Positions 62,801 through 64,000 of a DNA stretch of 64,000 nt are shown piece after piece (the stretch's first letter is position 1; each line of letters begins with the position of its first letter). The position numbers and the translations under genes are program-made. The notes beneath the pieces were generated by a model. The model ran no database searches. It was given only the letters and a program-made list of their open reading frames with translations, and was not told where the DNA came from. The DNA comes from Escherichia coli (GTDB lineage: Bacteria > Pseudomonadota > Gammaproteobacteria > Enterobacterales > Enterobacteriaceae), in assembly GCF_003018255.1 (NCBI RefSeq), contig NZ_CP027440.1. One strand, 5' to 3'.

Positions 62801-64000
62801 ACGCCTTGCGCATCGCTATAAACGATGTCAAAAGCGGCGTTACTGCCTTCATCAACAATGGGCTGTTTCACCGTGCTGTCGGTGCGATAATCGTAAACCG
62901 ATTTCGAGGCGAACTGCGGACGGATCCCCGGCAATGCATCGGCAGGCCAGATAGCCTGCTCAGCACGGCGCGTCACCGGGCGACCGCCCGATTCCAGCAA
63001 ACTACCCTGGAAAATAACCTGTAATGGGGAATGCGTTTCCTTCCACTGGCTTTCTGTAGAAACTTCGCCGCGCCCTTTATCATCCAGCGTCAACTGAACT
63101 TCATCCAGCGTGCGGGAAAGATTTTCGGCAGCTATATCGCCGAATTCAAAACCAGGTAAGGCTGATACAGCTTCACGCAGTGGGCGCAGGAAAAGTTGCC
63201 CTTGCAAAGTATTACCATTAGCAGGTGCGCCATACAGGTAGTACCCCACCACGGAGAATTTCACTTCATCTTTCGGCGTTAGCGGGGTTTTCTCACCGGT
63301 CAGATTCAGCGCCATACGCTCTGGCATAAAATCTTCGACGTGGAAATCCCACATCCGATACTGGTTATCGCCCGTGTTAGCGCGAATATGCCACATACCG
63401 GTTGCCGCATTGCTATCGAGTGGCCAGGTAAAGTGGTAGAGGCCATTCTCCGGCTGACTAACGACGCTCCTGAGTACCTGCCCGTCGGGTTTAATCACGT
63501 CCAGCTTGACAGGTTGATCGGGCAACGCTTTACCGTCTGCATCACGCAGCAAACCATTGAGGATGACCGTTTCACCCGGGCGATAAAGATCGCGCGGGCC
63601 AAACATGAAAAACTGTTTGCTATAGCCCGGCGCGCCAGCAATGTTAAATTCCGCTAAGTCCAGCGCCGGGAGTTTTAAATCGAGCAGCGTTGTCTGACCG
63701 TTTTTACGCGCCAGCAGTAATGCCGCGTTTTTATCATTTTCCAGCTGCACATGCCCTTGAGCGTCACTGCTTGCCTGAGTCAGAGTCTGCCCTTTCTCAT
63801 TTAATAAAGAGACTTCAATTCCTTGCTGGGCCGCGCCGTTTTCCAGACTTTGGGTAAAGATATCCAGACGATTGTGATAACGGTGAGCTGAAACGCCAAT
63901 ATCACTTAACGTAAACAGCGTCGCGGGATTACTGTAATCGTAACGTCCAGCCTGATTCATCACAGCCAGATACACGCCCGCCTGCTGAAGCGGTTTGATA
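59812..64000 (-). CDS. yfhM: Alpha-2-macroglobulin family lipoprotein YfhM, C-terminal ~1395 codons (N-terminus beyond window end)
   Basis: Open frame runs to the window edge; thioester-type motif GCLEQTTS present; operon partner of pbpC. Confidence 0.88.
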   Translation of the reverse strand, partial: IKPLQQAGVYLAVMNQAGRYDYSNPATLFTLSDIGVSAHRYHNRLDIFTQSLENGAAQQGIEVSLLNEKGQTLTQASSDAQGHVQLENDKNAALLLARKNGQTTLLDLKLPALDLAEFNIAGAPGYSKQFFMFGPRDLYRPGETVILNGLLRDADGKALPDQPVKLDVIKPDGQVLRSVVSQPENGLYHFTWPLDSNAATGMWHIRANTGDNQYRMWDFHVEDFMPERMALNLTGEKTPLTPKDEVKFSVVGYYLYGAPANGNTLQGQLFLRPLREAVSALPGFEFGDIAAENLSRTLDEVQLTLDDKGRGEVSTESQWKETHSPLQVIFQGSLLESGGRPVTRRAEQAIWPADALPGIRPQFASKSVYDYRTDSTVKQPIVDEGSNAAFDIVYSDAQGVKKAVSGLQVRLIRERRDYYWNWSEYEGWQSQFDQKDLIENEQTLDLKADETGKVSFPVEWGAYRLEVKAPNEAVSSVRFWAGYSWQDNSDGGGAVRPDRVTLKLDKASYRPGDTIKLHIAAPTAGKGYAMVESSEGPLWWQEIDVPAQGLDLTIPVDKTWNRHDLYLSTLVVRPGDKSRSATPKRAVGVLHLPLGDENRRLDLALETPTKMRPNQPLTVKIKASNKNGEMPKQVNVLVSAVDSGVLNITDYVTPDPWQAFFGQKRYGADIYDIYGQVIEGQGRLAALRFGGDGDELKRGGKPPVNHVNIVAQQALPVTLNEQGEGSVTLPIGDFNGELRVMAQAWTADDFGSNESKVIVAAPVIAELNMPRFMASGDTSRLTLDITNLTDKPQKLNVALTASGLLELVSNSPAPVELAPGVRTTLFIPVRALPGYGDGDIQATISGLALPGETVADQHKQWKIGVRPAFPAQTVNYGTALQPGETWALPADGLQNFSPVTLEGQLLLSGKPPLNIARYIKELKAYPYGCLEQTTSGLFPSLYTNAAQLQALGIKGDSDEKRRASVDIGISRLLQMQRDNGGFTLWDKNGDEEYWLTAYVMDFLVRAGEQGYSVPTDAINRGNERLLRYLQDPGMMSIPYADNLKASKFAVQSYAALVLARQQKAPLGALREIWEHRADAASGLPLLQLGVALKIMGDATRGEEAIALALKTPRNSDERIWLGDYGSPLRDSALMLSLLEENKLLPDEQYSLLNTLSQQAFGERWLSTQESNALFLAARTLQDLPGKWQAQTTFSAEPLTGEKAQTSNLNSDQLATLQVTNSGDQPLWLRVDASGYPQSAPLPASNVLQIERHILGTDGKSKSLDSLRSGDLVLVWLQVKASNSVPDALVVDLLPAGLELENQNLANGSASLEQSGGEVQNLLNQMQQASIKHIEFRDDRFVAAVAVDEYQPVTLVYLARAVTPGTYQVPQPMVESMYVPQWRATGAADDLLIVRP

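Overview
This window reads as an Escherichia coli chromosomal segment running from the 5' end of aegA through narQ, acrD, the dapE/purC/dapA/bcp block, uraA-upp, purMN, ppk-ppx, guaBA and xseA to der-bamB-hisS-ispG-rodZ-rlmN-ndk-pbpC-yfhM. Gene identities rest on my reading of the translated ORFs (visible motifs) and on recalled K-12 gene order; no database search was run. Almost all of it is conserved housekeeping content with K-12-like synteny. Two departures from the K-12 layout stand out. First, an ~11.6 kb accessory island sits between xseA and yfgJ and encodes, on the minus strand, an intimin/invasin-family inverse autotransporter (SinH-like), a small secreted protein (SinI-like) and a 2,684-aa repetitive surface protein (RatA-like); this resembles the Salmonella CS54-type sinH-sinI-ratA locus also reported in extraintestinal E. 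coli. Second, bcp and perM are separated by only 98 bp, where K-12 carries the hyf-focB hydrogenase-4 operon. I found no CRISPR array, IS element, integrase, prophage, toxin-antitoxin or defence system, and I cannot support a claim of a previously undescribed system here. The most interesting sequence-level observations are inside the island: nine tandem ~0.8 kb repeat units in the giant gene, and a SinI protein whose N-terminus resembles RatA and whose C-terminal domain resembles SinH. The ORF track also missed two genes: the 19-aa ypfM micro-ORF and the window-truncated aegA.
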